Shown here: piece by piece, positions 1 through 10,107 of the stretch
Numbering within the stretch: the stretch's first letter is position 1
Layout: each line of letters opens with the position of its first letter
Sequence record: DRR723986_11381
Strand: one strand, 5' to 3'
Length of the DNA: 52,705 nt
Made by a program: the position numbers and the translations under genes
Notes under the pieces: model-generated
Told to the model about the DNA's origin: nothing
The model's database searches: none
The model's input: only the letters and a program-made list of their open reading frames with translations

Positions 1-1
1 T

Positions 2-43
2 GCTCAACAAGCCGCTGCTCAACAAGCTGCACTACAGAATTAA
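2..43 (+). CDS. 3' end of an upstream CDS (possibly the flagellar ATPase FliI), truncated by the window edge
   Basis: The frame from base 2 reads AQQAAAQQAALQN-TAA and ends 33 nt before fliJ. fliI normally precedes fliJ, so the identity is inferred from gene order only. Confidence 0.35.
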   Translation, partial: AQQAAAQQAALQN

Positions 44-76
44 GCGGCAAAAAATTAAGCGGGAGACAGGCTGCCG

Positions 77-538
77 ATGGCTGCATTCAAATTCAGACTT
101 CAATCCGTTATCGCACTAAGAACGCGAGAACGTGACTCAGCAGCCGCAGCCTATCGCGAAATGGTCAACGCCGCTGCGGAATTGGAAGAACGAATCGCCG
201 AACTGCGAGTAGAAGTTGCAGCGCAGAAGCAAGTCCAGTCAACGTCCGCTGGTCAAACGCTCGACCCGCAACGCCATATCAATTCGCAGCGGTACGAGAT
301 GACAATCCTCCGTCAAATTGCGGAGATTCGTTCTAACCTGAATCGTGTCGAAGAAGAACGGGAAAAACGCCGCAAAGTGATGGTTAGTCGGGAGCAAGAC
401 CTTAAATCAATTGAAAATTTGCGTGAGAAACAGCGCCTCCAGTGGATCGACGAACAAAATCGCGTCGAACAACTCACCCTGGATGAATGGGCGGCGACAA
501 AGCACTGGAAGAACAATAACGGGAAGCAAACACGATGA
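77..538 (+). CDS. fliJ: Flagellar export chaperone FliJ
   Basis: 153 aa coiled-coil protein with N-terminal FKFRLQSV and C-terminal EQLTLDE, both typical of FliJ. GGGAGA RBS upstream; lies upstream of fliK. Confidence 0.85.
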   Translation: MAAFKFRLQSVIALRTRERDSAAAAYREMVNAAAELEERIAELRVEVAAQKQVQSTSAGQTLDPQRHINSQRYEMTILRQIAEIRSNLNRVEEEREKRRKVMVSREQDLKSIENLREKQRLQWIDEQNRVEQLTLDEWAATKHWKNNNGKQTR

Positions 539-1200
539 AAATGCTGGGCAAATTGTTCGTTGCATTCTGCGTTGCCACCGTTGTCGCGCAGATGATCATC
601 GCTGGGATGGCCGTTGCGAAAGGCAACGTGAATCCGGATGCGCTTTACAAGGCTCTTGCCTTGGTAAACGGTATCGATATCAGCGGTGACGAACTCAAGA
701 AGATGTTCGACGATGCAACGACAACCCCCAACCCAAAATACGAAGACGTCGAACAGGAACGAGCCCGCTTAGACATGGATTTGGTCCTCCGCGAAGAAGC
801 GATCCGAAAAGCGACTGACGAATTGCTTGCAAAGCAGGCCCAACTCCAAGCCCGTGAATCATCTTTCAAACGCCGCATGGACAAGTTCTATGAAGTGTTG
901 CAACGGCAGGAGGATAAGCTGCAAGACGAGAGCTTAAAAACCGTTCAACAGACGCTCGAATCTCTAACTGCCGACCAAGCGAAGGACCAGCTACTGAAAA
1001 TGTTCGCCGCTGGCCATCAAGACGATGTTGTCGCAATCTTTAAAGGTATGCCCCCAGACAAACGAAAGAAGATAATGGGAGAGTTTGTCGATACGGCAAA
1101 CGATGAGCCCGAGAAGCTTCACGAGATATTGATGCTCATGCGGGCTGGCGAACCGAATGCTAGCGTAATTCGCGATGCGAAGGCCGAGCAAGACCAGTAG
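535..1200 (+). CDS. Flagellar-associated MotE/FlbB/YlxF-like protein (MgtE N-terminal-like helical domain)
   Basis: N-terminal TM helix, coiled coil, then TLESLTADQAKDQL...IFKGMPPDKRKKIMGEF helical repeats. ATGA overlap with fliJ; sits in the usual position between fliJ and fliK. Confidence 0.65.
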   Translation: MKMLGKLFVAFCVATVVAQMIIAGMAVAKGNVNPDALYKALALVNGIDISGDELKKMFDDATTTPNPKYEDVEQERARLDMDLVLREEAIRKATDELLAKQAQLQARESSFKRRMDKFYEVLQRQEDKLQDESLKTVQQTLESLTADQAKDQLLKMFAAGHQDDVVAIFKGMPPDKRKKIMGEFVDTANDEPEKLHEILMLMRAGEPNASVIRDAKAEQDQ

Positions 1201-1362
1201 CCCCGGTCTGGCACGTCCACTGGCGAACCTGCGGAGCCGCAGCTAGTCGCTTGGCCCAAGCCAACTCTCCCCCTGCTGCCTGTGGTGCATTCTGCTTCAC
1301 GACAGCAAGACCGAGCAGTCCATGGAACCTGAGTTCCAGGACAAATTATGGGGGGTAGTGGC

Positions 1363-3087
1363 ATGAGAGCTAATGGCTCAATCGACACGTCAAGCTATGC
1401 GCGAGCGTCGCGAGGCGTGTATTCATTTTCTCACTCGCCAGGCGGAAACTCGAGCGGGAGCCAGATCAGTGGCGACAGCACAGAGCTTCTGTTTGAAACG
1501 TTTCTAGCCACGCCTCCAGCAGCAGTACAGCGTCCCGACGAGTCTCCGGACGATTTCAGTCCACGGGACGATGATGACGAAGGACCTGCGCTGGTCGATC
1601 GCGATCGGCCAGACAAGCACGACCGCAAACCAGAGGTCTCTGAGAAAGACACTTCTGAACCAGCCAACGCCACTGCCGAGGCCGAAGGCGAATACTCCAC
1701 GCTGTACCCAGAGCTAATCGCTACGACGCTGGCTCCCACAACTTCCTATGCAACCGATGCGCCCGTTCCGATTCAGGAAACAGAATTACAACGCGTCCAG
1801 CTCCCAAGCGAGCAACAACCCACGACCACAGCACTGGGCACGGAAACCACGTCCGATGCTCCTGCAACCGTTCGAACTGAAGTGAACACGTTGCAAGCAA
1901 AAACGGCCGAGGACCTATCGGGAGCTGAAGTGCCTTTGGAGGATTCCCAACTCCCTAACTCAACCACCCGTCCGGCACACGAACACGCTAATGAGCCTGA
2001 AGCTGTCGCGCTGACGCCAGCAGCCGAGAATGATACGCCCGACGAGGCTAACCAGGACTCACGCGGCCAGCAAGCGCCAATCGACGAACTGCCCCGCGCT
2101 AGCGAAAGCCGAGAATCGCAGAACGAGGCATCTTCCGATGTCACGAGAGCGGCTGGCGAGAAAGCCCAAGAAGACGCGTCGGCGCGTGACGAATCCCAGC
2201 GGGCGACTCAAGCCGCGCAGGAAGAAGAGCCAGCCAAGTGGTATGAACAACCAACTGAGCCGAATACCATTGCAACCACCCCAATCGGTGGCGATGACAG
2301 CTCAGATCTACCGAGCACGACTGAGCCGCCAACCTCCGAAAACTCGCTGGACGTTGACGCACCACAATCAAACGAACGCGAGTCATCGCAAGCAGCACCG
2401 ACATCCGACGATCGTACACCCGACACCGCGAACTCGCCAACTCGCAACGAGAACTCTGCCGCGGCAGCAGCTCTGCGGGCTGTAGCTGCTGGTGAAACGC
2501 CAAAGTCAGAGACATTGGGCTCACCAACTAGCCCTTCAAGGAGCGGTGCTGAGGCCCCAACTCGGCCCGTTGCATCGGCCACTAAGCCAGCGAGTACCGC
2601 GACCGCTGATTCCGCGAATCAGCCTGAGATCACACAGCAAGAACGAGTGCGATTGATTCAACGCGTGGCACGTAGTTTTTCAAGATTGGGAGCCGAAGGG
2701 GGACAACTGCATTTACGTCTCCATCCACCGCAACTCGGATCGCTGGCCGTCCGAGTGCAGGTTGAGGGTGGCTCCATGTCGGCTAAACTAACGGCCGAAT
2801 CTGAGAGCGCTCGAGAAGTCATTCTCGAAGGACTGCCCATGCTGAAGAAACGCCTGGCCGACCAAGGTGTTGAAATTTCCCAGTTTCAAGTCGACGTTTC
2901 TTCGGGTACCGACGACACCTTTACCGGCGGTAATCCAGACCAGCGGCAGTCAGAATTCCGCGAGGGTAATCGCCCACGTTCGATCCCCGCTATGGTTCGA
3001 AACAACCAAGCTCAACAAGACGAGCCGCCGCCGGTGAACGAACCTCGCCACGTCGTTACGAGCTATTCGTTGGACGTCCAAGCGTAG
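1363..3087 (+). CDS. fliK: Flagellar hook-length control protein FliK
   Basis: Long acidic Pro/Thr/Ser-rich region followed by the FliK C-domain LRLHPPQLGSLAVRV...LKKRLADQGV...F.V. Start is ATG 1363 (after GGGGGTAG) or 1348. Confidence 0.9.
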   Translation: MRANGSIDTSSYARASRGVYSFSHSPGGNSSGSQISGDSTELLFETFLATPPAAVQRPDESPDDFSPRDDDDEGPALVDRDRPDKHDRKPEVSEKDTSEPANATAEAEGEYSTLYPELIATTLAPTTSYATDAPVPIQETELQRVQLPSEQQPTTTALGTETTSDAPATVRTEVNTLQAKTAEDLSGAEVPLEDSQLPNSTTRPAHEHANEPEAVALTPAAENDTPDEANQDSRGQQAPIDELPRASESRESQNEASSDVTRAAGEKAQEDASARDESQRATQAAQEEEPAKWYEQPTEPNTIATTPIGGDDSSDLPSTTEPPTSENSLDVDAPQSNERESSQAAPTSDDRTPDTANSPTRNENSAAAAALRAVAAGETPKSETLGSPTSPSRSGAEAPTRPVASATKPASTATADSANQPEITQQERVRLIQRVARSFSRLGAEGGQLHLRLHPPQLGSLAVRVQVEGGSMSAKLTAESESAREVILEGLPMLKKRLADQGVEISQFQVDVSSGTDDTFTGGNPDQRQSEFREGNRPRSIPAMVRNNQAQQDEPPPVNEPRHVVTSYSLDVQA

Positions 3088-3178
3088 CGCCAGGCGCCGT
3101 TGATGCTTGTACGCAATCGTAAAGCCGCCTCGCAATGCCTGGTACTGCCCGGGGAAGATCTATTCCCAAGTGCGCAAA

Positions 3179-3213
3179 AGAAAAGCCCTCCACTCTGGGA
3201 GAGCTTTCTGTTC
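3179..3213. terminator. Probable bidirectional intrinsic terminator
   Basis: Imperfect hairpin AGAAAAGCCCTCC-ACTCTG-GGAGAGCTTTCT with A-rich and T-rich flanks, between the convergent fliK and lipoprotein genes. Confidence 0.6.
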
Positions 3214-3235
3214 TGTAGTGTGCCGCAGCACGCTT

Positions 3236-3733
3236 CTACTTGCTCTTCAATTCCAAATCGAAGTTGTTCTCACCACCAGCAACAACGGTAGCAGTTAGTC
3301 CCGACTTGACCGCAGACTCATACATCGCAGGCAACTGATTCTTCGCAGACTTGGTACCCTTCTTAGCAGCATCGGCAGCCGTGTAACCTTGCTCGAATGC
3401 TGCGTACTCGTCGTCCTGAGACTTTTCTTCGGCCGGAGCTGTTGGTGCCGCGCTACCTTCTACTTCCGGGAATTTCTTGACGGTGATCTTGTAGGAACCC
3501 GCCATCGCGCCGTCTCCTGAAGAAAACGTCGTTAACGTGTACTTTCCGTCAACTCCAGACTTTCCGGTAGCCGATTCACCAGCCGCATCGTCTGCGATGA
3601 AAGTAATTGTTGCACCTTCAACAGGCTTGCTATCGAGAGTTACAACACCGGTCACTTTCTCAGTGGGTGGATTGGATTCTCCACAACCAACAAAAGCGGT
3701 CACCAAAACGCACAGGATCAAACTCTTATACAT
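3236..3733 (-). CDS. Planctomycete lipoprotein with carboxypeptidase-regulatory-like domain (DUF1559 partner)
   Basis: AAAGGAAA RBS then ATG 3733. Lipobox FVGC; motifs VTGVVTLDSKPVEGATITF, DGAMAGSYKITV, LPAMY...SGLTATV...NNFDLEL. Confidence 0.85.
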   Translation of the reverse strand: MYKSLILCVLVTAFVGCGESNPPTEKVTGVVTLDSKPVEGATITFIADDAAGESATGKSGVDGKYTLTTFSSGDGAMAGSYKITVKKFPEVEGSAAPTAPAEEKSQDDEYAAFEQGYTAADAAKKGTKSAKNQLPAMYESAVKSGLTATVVAGGENNFDLELKSK

Positions 3734-3774
3734 CCAACTATTTCCTTTATTTGAGTTACTGTTCGACTTTTTTA

Positions 3775-4314
3775 TCAACCGTCGGACTTTGCTTCCTCTG
3801 GTGCTTGCTCTTCTTGACTACTGCCAGATTCATCCTCTGGTTCGCCTTCGAGCTTCAATTCAATACTGTTTTCTTCTTGGGCCATTATCTCAACGACTAG
3901 CCCCGATGTTTCTGCGGAGGCGTACATCTCTGGCAACTGATTCACGGGCTCTAGGCCTGTCTTTTCCCCACGCTTCTGCGCTTCTTCCTGCTCGGCTGCC
4001 CACTCTTTGAAGCCTGGATCGTAGGGGCCAATTGGTGCAGGTGGCGCAACAATCTTCGTGACGCGCACTTTGAATTTACCAACCATCGCTCCGTCGGAAG
4101 CTTCATTGGTTGTCAGCTTGAAATTCCCAAGCTGATCAGAGCGGCCCGTTGCAGGCTTCAGTTTCGAATCCTCTGGTAGAAAGGTGATCATCGCCCCTTC
4201 GAGAGGTTCTCCGTTCAGCGTAATGGTTCCAAAGGCCTTGTACACCTCCGGTGGTGATTCTTGGCAACCAACACCAAATGCGAGAACCATGACGCAAAGA
4301 CAAATTCGATACAC
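3775..4314 (-). CDS. Second paralogous carboxypeptidase-regulatory-like lipoprotein
   Basis: GGGGGAG RBS then GTG 4314 (the longer ORF from 4455 overlaps the upstream gene and a terminator). Lipobox GVGC; motifs GTITLNGEPLEGAMITF, DGAMVGKFKVRV, LPEMY..AETSGL. Confidence 0.85.
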   Translation of the reverse strand: MYRICLCVMVLAFGVGCQESPPEVYKAFGTITLNGEPLEGAMITFLPEDSKLKPATGRSDQLGNFKLTTNEASDGAMVGKFKVRVTKIVAPPAPIGPYDPGFKEWAAEQEEAQKRGEKTGLEPVNQLPEMYASAETSGLVVEIMAQEENSIELKLEGEPEDESGSSQEEQAPEEAKSDG

Positions 4315-4335
4315 AACAAACTCCCCCCATGAATG

Positions 4336-4372
4336 AAAAAAAGGGCGAGGCCCGGAAACCGAACCCCGCCCC
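4336..4372 (-). terminator. Intrinsic terminator after the DUF1559 gene
   Basis: The minus strand reads GGGGCGGGGTTCGG-TTT-CCGGGCCTCGCCC-TTTTTTT. Confidence 0.8.
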
Positions 4373-4400
4373 ATATTCTTAGAAGCAGCTAACGGAAGTT

Positions 4401-5552
4401 TTATTCCGGAAGCGAAGCAACTTCTCCACCAGCCTTGGTACCAAGAGCACCCCAAACACCGTAAGGGCTTGGGCCAATAGCTAGACGAGCTGGGATGGTT
4501 AGATCCCCGGTGTCAATATTCTGACTAATGAACTGAACCGATCCATCCGCCATCGCTGCGTTTACACCACCAGTGTGATTACTAGTTGGTGGCAGGATAG
4601 CTGGCTGGCCGTCACCCCAAGAGATGTTGTGAAGGCAAGAAGGCGAGTTCGGAGGCAGGATGCAATTGAATCCAACGTAGGTTGGATTTCCATCGTGCCA
4701 GAACTTACCACCATTACCTTGGTGACGGGTACCTTCTGCCAAGAACTGACCTGCACGAACGTTTCGGCAGAGCAATGGCGATTCGTGAACATCAGGAACC
4801 ATCGCGATTGTCGTCAAGAACGATACTCGCTCGCCCATTCCAACCGCTGGGTTACCAGCTTGGCTTGGGTAAGGAGTCGTATTGATCAGACGTTCGCTGT
4901 ACATGATCGTGTTGCTAGTACCGTCAGAGATCGAACCGTGACTAGCATGACCAACGCGAGAGAACAGACCGCTAACGTTTGAGAAGCTATTGAGGTTGTC
5001 GCCCCAAGCAGTTCCTCGTCCCATGGCCATTCCGTCACCACCCATACACATCGAGTAGGAGTTACCCTTACGAGTGTCGGCGGCACGAGAGTCCGATGGG
5101 CACTTCATGAATGAAGGAGACTGCTCCCAAGGAGCGTAGCCTGCCCAACCTTCAGGTCCCCCTGGAGGTGCTTCGTTGAGCCAGTTTGTTACTGGGTCAC
5201 GACCTTGATAAGGTGGCACACCGTTACCAGCTTCAACCTGGTTGAACATGTTGCCGCCTTCGATGTACGGAAGAATGGTAATGAAACCACTCTTTCGGAA
5301 GTCATTACCCGACCGGCCACCGTTGGTTCGTGCAGTACCACCAGTTCGGTACGGGAATCGCTTGTACGCACTCTCATAATTATGAGCAGCAAGGCCAAGC
5401 TGCTTCAAATTGTTTGAGCACTGCATACGACGAGCCGCTTCACGAGCAGCTTGAACAGCCGGCAGCAAAAGGCCGACAAGAATGCCAATAATGGCGATTA
5501 CAACGAGCAATTCCACAAGCGTGAAACCGCTCCCACGTTTCGATTGACGCAT
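4401..5552 (-). CDS. DUF1559 family prepilin-type N-terminal cleavage / H-X9-DG domain protein
   Basis: [70 protein letters not shown] (H-X9-DG). GGAGG RBS before ATG 5552. Confidence 0.95.
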   Translation of the reverse strand: MRQSKRGSGFTLVELLVVIAIIGILVGLLLPAVQAAREAARRMQCSNNLKQLGLAAHNYESAYKRFPYRTGGTARTNGGRSGNDFRKSGFITILPYIEGGNMFNQVEAGNGVPPYQGRDPVTNWLNEAPPGGPEGWAGYAPWEQSPSFMKCPSDSRAADTRKGNSYSMCMGGDGMAMGRGTAWGDNLNSFSNVSGLFSRVGHASHGSISDGTSNTIMYSERLINTTPYPSQAGNPAVGMGERVSFLTTIAMVPDVHESPLLCRNVRAGQFLAEGTRHQGNGGKFWHDGNPTYVGFNCILPPNSPSCLHNISWGDGQPAILPPTSNHTGGVNAAMADGSVQFISQNIDTGDLTIPARLAIGPSPYGVWGALGTKAGGEVASLPE

Positions 5553-5751
5553 AGACAACCTCCAGGACTAAATAGAAATACAATTCCTCATCGATAAGAA
5601 ACCAGAGCCAGCAACCTGCCGCAAGGGCAAGGGAGCTGTGAACGCCGCTCTAAGTTCATGAAGGGAACATAATTGGGTATACTGACTGTAGACAAACTCC
5701 GCTTCTTCCACAATTCCTGAGCGTTTCGAATTCCCTAAAAGTCTCGCAAAA

Positions 5752-6678
5752 ATGCCATTTTTTCGACTTAGCGTCGCATTACTGACAGTAAAACTACTCT
5801 TATGGGTGTCCACTGGCCCTACCGTTCAAGCTTCGGAAGTAATCCAAGTCACAGAACTTTCAACTCCAGCTTTGACCGAAAGTAGCGGCGTCGCAATCGA
5901 CGTATTCGGAAAAATTTGGACACACAACGATTCGGGCGATTCCGCGAGGCTGTTCAGATTCGACAATTCGACCGGCACCCTCCTTGGGGAGTATCCAATT
6001 GAGTCTGTCACGGCAATCGATTGGGAAGCCCTCTCGGCGTTTAAAGCCGGCGGCAAGGAATTCTTAGTAGTGGCCGATGTAGGCGACAATCTGCGACGAC
6101 GCAAAACCGTCCAAGTGCACTTTGTCATGCCTGTGTTCACGCCATCGGGAACTTGCAAACGAGCTGATCTCGTGGCTACGGCAATCGTCCGTTACGCCGA
6201 TGGACCCGTAAACTGCGAAGCGATCTGCTTCGACCCAGCTACCCGGCAGATCCTCTTGCCCTCCAAAGAGCCGACCCGTTCACGAATCTACGCATTTGAT
6301 GCAAAGGAGATTCTGACGAAGATATTTGCCGCCCAAGAAGCGTTTGCGAAGAGCAAGAAAACGAACAGCCCGCTCGAAGTCAAAGTTACCGCAGAACAAA
6401 TCGGCTGGACGCCAATTCCGCTTGTTACTGGCGGCGACATTTCGGCCGATGGACGCCACCTTGTACTTTGCACCTATGGACCAGGTGCCTGGATCGATCG
6501 ACAAGAGAAGTCTGAATCCTGGCAACTAGACGCCCCTAAGCTGTTTCGCCTGCCGTTTCGCAAGCAGGGCGAGGCAGTTGGATTCACTCGCGATGGCACC
6601 CAACTGCTGCTAACAAGCGAGTTCGCACCAACACCTCTCTCAAGGGTGGTCGTAAGCGAAATTGAGTTCGCGAAGTAG
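5752..6678 (+). CDS. Secreted beta-propeller-like hypothetical protein
   Basis: Signal peptide; repeated blade-like motifs ESSGV, WTHNDSGD, DWEAL, ADVGDN, NCEA, QGEAVGF...LLTSE. Confidence 0.7.
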   Translation: MPFFRLSVALLTVKLLLWVSTGPTVQASEVIQVTELSTPALTESSGVAIDVFGKIWTHNDSGDSARLFRFDNSTGTLLGEYPIESVTAIDWEALSAFKAGGKEFLVVADVGDNLRRRKTVQVHFVMPVFTPSGTCKRADLVATAIVRYADGPVNCEAICFDPATRQILLPSKEPTRSRIYAFDAKEILTKIFAAQEAFAKSKKTNSPLEVKVTAEQIGWTPIPLVTGGDISADGRHLVLCTYGPGAWIDRQEKSESWQLDAPKLFRLPFRKQGEAVGFTRDGTQLLLTSEFAPTPLSRVVVSEIEFAK

Positions 6679-6812
6679 TCTGCTCAACCCTGGACCATTC
6701 TGCCATCTGCCCCGCAAGCCCCCTTTGCCATTGGCGACTCTCGGCTGATACTCAACACTCGCTGCTTGGCAATACAGAACACGAAACGACTCTAGCGTAG
6801 GAACAGCCCCAA

Positions 6813-7172
6813 ATGCCAAAGATCACCGTAGAAGGCATCGGCGAATTTGAAGTCGCTCCCGGAAAACGCCTCGTCAAAGCGCTGACCGAGGACTGTGGCG
6901 TTGATCAATTGCACGCTTGTGGCGGAAATGCCCGTTGCACAACATGTCGCGTCGAAATCACTGACGGCAATCCAGCTCAAATGACGCTGGCGGAGAAAGA
7001 TTGCATGCAGCAACGAGGGCTGGCTGATGTTCGACTGAGCTGCCAGGTTCAATGCAACGATGACATGAGCGTTCGCGTCATCAGTCGCTTAGAGGGAAGC
7101 GGCCGTGCGGACCAAGGCGGACCTGTAGATGATGAGCTGCCGCAAGATACAGTGTGGGTCGACGTCGAGTAA
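6813..7172 (+). CDS. 2Fe-2S ferredoxin
   Basis: HACGGNARCTTC...RLSCQ cysteine pattern; AGGA RBS upstream. Confidence 0.9.
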   Translation: MPKITVEGIGEFEVAPGKRLVKALTEDCGVDQLHACGGNARCTTCRVEITDGNPAQMTLAEKDCMQQRGLADVRLSCQVQCNDDMSVRVISRLEGSGRADQGGPVDDELPQDTVWVDVE

Positions 7173-7287
7173 ACGCTTTTAGAGTAGTTGCGGCAGAGAC
7201 AAACGCTGTTCAGGACCAGCGGCCACAACTTGGCCAACCAACAAACAGCCCGCTTCAATTGAATCAGTGGATTAGTTGAGATCTTAG

Positions 7288-8427
7288 ATGCTAAAGTACT
7301 TGACCGCCGGGGAATCACACGGAAAAACGCTTCTCGCGTTGTTGGACGGCTTCCCGGCAGGACTTGAGATTGACTACGAATTTGCCAACGTCGAACTTGC
7401 CCGACGGCAAGGCGGCTATGGTCGTGGAGGGCGTCAAAAACTCGAAACGGACCAGCTTGAAATCCTGACGGGCATCTGGCAAGGAAAGACGCTCGGCAGT
7501 CCGCTAACCCTGCAAGTTATCAATCGTGACTACAAGCTCGAACGGCTGAAGGAACTTGAGCGTCCGCGGCCCGGCCACGCTGATTTAGTCGGTGCAGTGA
7601 AACACTTTGGCTCCATACGTGGAGTGCTCGAACGCGCAAGTGCTCGTGAGACAGCCGCTCGCGTGGCTGCTGGAGCCGTTGCCAGAATGCTGCTGCGTGA
7701 ATTTGGCATTGAGACGATTGGCTACGTCACCGAAGTAGGCAATGTTGCGGTTGATACCCCGAACGGCGACCTGACGGCCCACCGCAAACTACGTGATTCA
7801 AGTTCGCTGTACACCCTCAACCCAGAACAAGACGCTGAGCTTGAAAAACTAATCGACCAAACGGCTGACGACGGTGACACCCTGGGTGGAATCGTTGAAG
7901 TGCGCGTCGAGGGACTTCCCGTAGGCTTGGGGACTCACGCTCAGTGGGATCGCAAGCTGGACGGCAAACTAGCCCAAGCAGTGATGGCCGTCCAAGCAGT
8001 CAAGGGAGTGGAGATTGGCCTAGGCTTCGAAGCGGCTCGACGGCCGGGCTCTCAAGTCCACGACCCGATTCACTACGACGCAGCTCAGAAAGGATCACCC
8101 AACCTGGGTTACACGCGGCCAACCAACAATGCTGGCGGGCTTGAGGGCGGCATGACCAACGGCCAACCTCTGGTCGTTCGCGCTGCCAAGAAGCCGATCA
8201 GCACCCTGCGAAAACCGCTCGACTCGATCAAGATGGAGACCAAAGAGCCTCAGCGGGCAAGTTATGAACGAAGTGATGTTTGCGCAATATCTGCCGCTAG
8301 CGTCATCGTTGAACACGTGGTTGCTTTCGAAGTCGCGACTGCTATGTGCGAGAAATTCGGGAATGATAGCGTTGAAGAGATGAAGGCACGTTACGATCTT
8401 TACCTTGAACGCGCCAGCCAACATTAG
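7288..8427 (+). CDS. aroC: Chorismate synthase
   Basis: TAGESHG, RRQGGYGRGGR, PRPGHADL, ERASARETA, NNAGGLEGGMTNG, ERSDVC. Confidence 0.97.
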   Translation: MLKYLTAGESHGKTLLALLDGFPAGLEIDYEFANVELARRQGGYGRGGRQKLETDQLEILTGIWQGKTLGSPLTLQVINRDYKLERLKELERPRPGHADLVGAVKHFGSIRGVLERASARETAARVAAGAVARMLLREFGIETIGYVTEVGNVAVDTPNGDLTAHRKLRDSSSLYTLNPEQDAELEKLIDQTADDGDTLGGIVEVRVEGLPVGLGTHAQWDRKLDGKLAQAVMAVQAVKGVEIGLGFEAARRPGSQVHDPIHYDAAQKGSPNLGYTRPTNNAGGLEGGMTNGQPLVVRAAKKPISTLRKPLDSIKMETKEPQRASYERSDVCAISAASVIVEHVVAFEVATAMCEKFGNDSVEEMKARYDLYLERASQH

Positions 8428-8634
8428 CCCGCTGTTCCACAGTTTGAGTGCTGCATTTGATAGCAATGGCTGCTACTGTGATCGCGGTGCTTTAGAGGGC
8501 AACCAAACCTTGTGTAGACGTATCGTGACTTCAACGAGTATCCTTTGAGAAGCCTTGAGCTCAGGGCCCCAAGCAAAACTAGCTACGTCGATTCTGAAAC
8601 CCAGCTTCTGACCCCTACCGAGGAAAACGCAAGG

Positions 8635-10047
8635 ATGCGTGATCCCAAGCCGAATGCAATGCACGAAAGTGCCGCGATTGCGATGTGCCGGTTGGCATTC
8701 ATCGGGCTTGGTCTTGCGCCAGTGTTGGCGATCCTTGTGTGGACTGCCGCATCCTGGACGCCCTTCTACACGGCCCGCACCACTTCAGCCTGGCAGCAGC
8801 GACTCTCCACTCAGATTGGATTAGATGTCCACATCGAAGAAGTGAGCGCTGAATCGCCTTGGCGGACAAGACTGAAAAACATCACCCTCTTGCATCCTGA
8901 GACTGGCGAAGAGATTGCTTCGGCCGGAACGCTTTGGTTGCAACGGAATGCCGATAGTTGGCTTGTGCAGACACCTCGCGCGTCGATCAGCCAACGGCAA
9001 CTTGATACATTGGCCCGAAGTGCGCACGACTGGGTTCTATGCCGGCCACGTCACAACACAGAAAAGGTTGTCATCGCGGCCGCAACTGTTGAGCTGCGTG
9101 ACTCTAACTCGGTAGCAACCGAATTCAGGCTCACGAGTCTTCCCGATGGCGACACACAGCGAATGTTGGTCCAGTTTGAGTTGCCTGAGGCCCAAGCCGA
9201 ACAACCGGCAGTTGATACGCCTAAGCCAGAACCGATACAACTTTTCGTTCGTCGAGAACAATCCGATGCCGGGCTTACAACCGGCGTCATTCTCAACACG
9301 GGAAATAGCTGGTTACCAGTGGCCATGCTGCCACCACAACTGGAACTGCCCAGCCGTTTCGGTGATTCCGCTCGGGTACAAGGGCAAATCGGGCTGGCAG
9401 CAAGTGACGCAGGCTGGAAGCTGACCATTGGAGAGAAGTCCGAACAGGGAGAAATGGCAGGTCGCTTTACGTCGTTCTTCACCGTGGACAACTTGGACTT
9501 CACTCGCCTAACTGCCAACACCCTGTGCGAGCTGCATGGTGTGGGCAGTTTGACTCTGGGTGCAACCGTCAGCGAATCGTCGATCATCGAAACCCATGGC
9601 CATGTTTTCGTCGATCGTGAAGTGAAAAACATCGGCGGGCTTTTTGTCCAGACGGCCTGCAACTACCTGGGCCTAGACGACCAAGGAATCTTGAACGCCT
9701 CAAGCCGGACCAACTTTCCGTTCGAGCAACTTTCGCTGGCGTTCGGATCAACCAACGGCAATCTATACCTCGCACCAGGCGGCCAAGACGCAACCATCCT
9801 GATGGGCCGTGATGTGCCACTTGTGCAACGACATCCGCAACTCTGGCAACAACCGATCCCGCTATCGCAGGTGACCGCTTTGCTCCGGCACCTGGAGCAA
9901 GAGCCAACTCTTCGCACGCCTTTTGTGCGGCCGATTCAGCTCTCCGGTGTATTGGCACGAATGCTGCCCGCGAACAGTCCGGCCAACACCCAAAATCTAA
10001 ATGAAGAGGAACGCCTGGCAAGCGACTCCGTGACTCCCATTCATTAG
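8635..10047 (+). CDS. Hypothetical membrane-anchored protein
   Basis: Long ORF with one N-terminal TM segment (LAFIGLGLAPVLAILVW) followed by a beta-rich body. GAGGA before ATG 8635; start uncertain. Confidence 0.65.
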   Translation: MRDPKPNAMHESAAIAMCRLAFIGLGLAPVLAILVWTAASWTPFYTARTTSAWQQRLSTQIGLDVHIEEVSAESPWRTRLKNITLLHPETGEEIASAGTLWLQRNADSWLVQTPRASISQRQLDTLARSAHDWVLCRPRHNTEKVVIAAATVELRDSNSVATEFRLTSLPDGDTQRMLVQFELPEAQAEQPAVDTPKPEPIQLFVRREQSDAGLTTGVILNTGNSWLPVAMLPPQLELPSRFGDSARVQGQIGLAASDAGWKLTIGEKSEQGEMAGRFTSFFTVDNLDFTRLTANTLCELHGVGSLTLGATVSESSIIETHGHVFVDREVKNIGGLFVQTACNYLGLDDQGILNASSRTNFPFEQLSLAFGSTNGNLYLAPGGQDATILMGRDVPLVQRHPQLWQQPIPLSQVTALLRHLEQEPTLRTPFVRPIQLSGVLARMLPANSPANTQNLNEEERLASDSVTPIH

Positions 10048-10107
10048 TTTCAAGTCGATTGTTCCGTAGTTCCGAAAGTTAACTTCACCGCGCAGGGTGG
10101 CCGCTGG

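Noticed and set aside
1-31. 15-bp tandem repeat TGCTCAACAAGC(C/T)GC
   Set aside because: Only two copies visible, in frame as AQQAA; a low-complexity protein tail rather than a CRISPR or other element.
1208-1224. TGGCAC upstream of fliK as a sigma54 promoter
   Set aside because: The -12 position reads CTGG instead of TTGC, so the essential GC is missing.
3214-3231. CTGTAGTGTGCCGCAGCA resembling CTGTAGTGCCGAGCA at ~35797 as inversion-endpoint repeats
   Set aside because: Short, gapped and in direct rather than inverted orientation, so it cannot mediate the proposed inversion and is likely chance.
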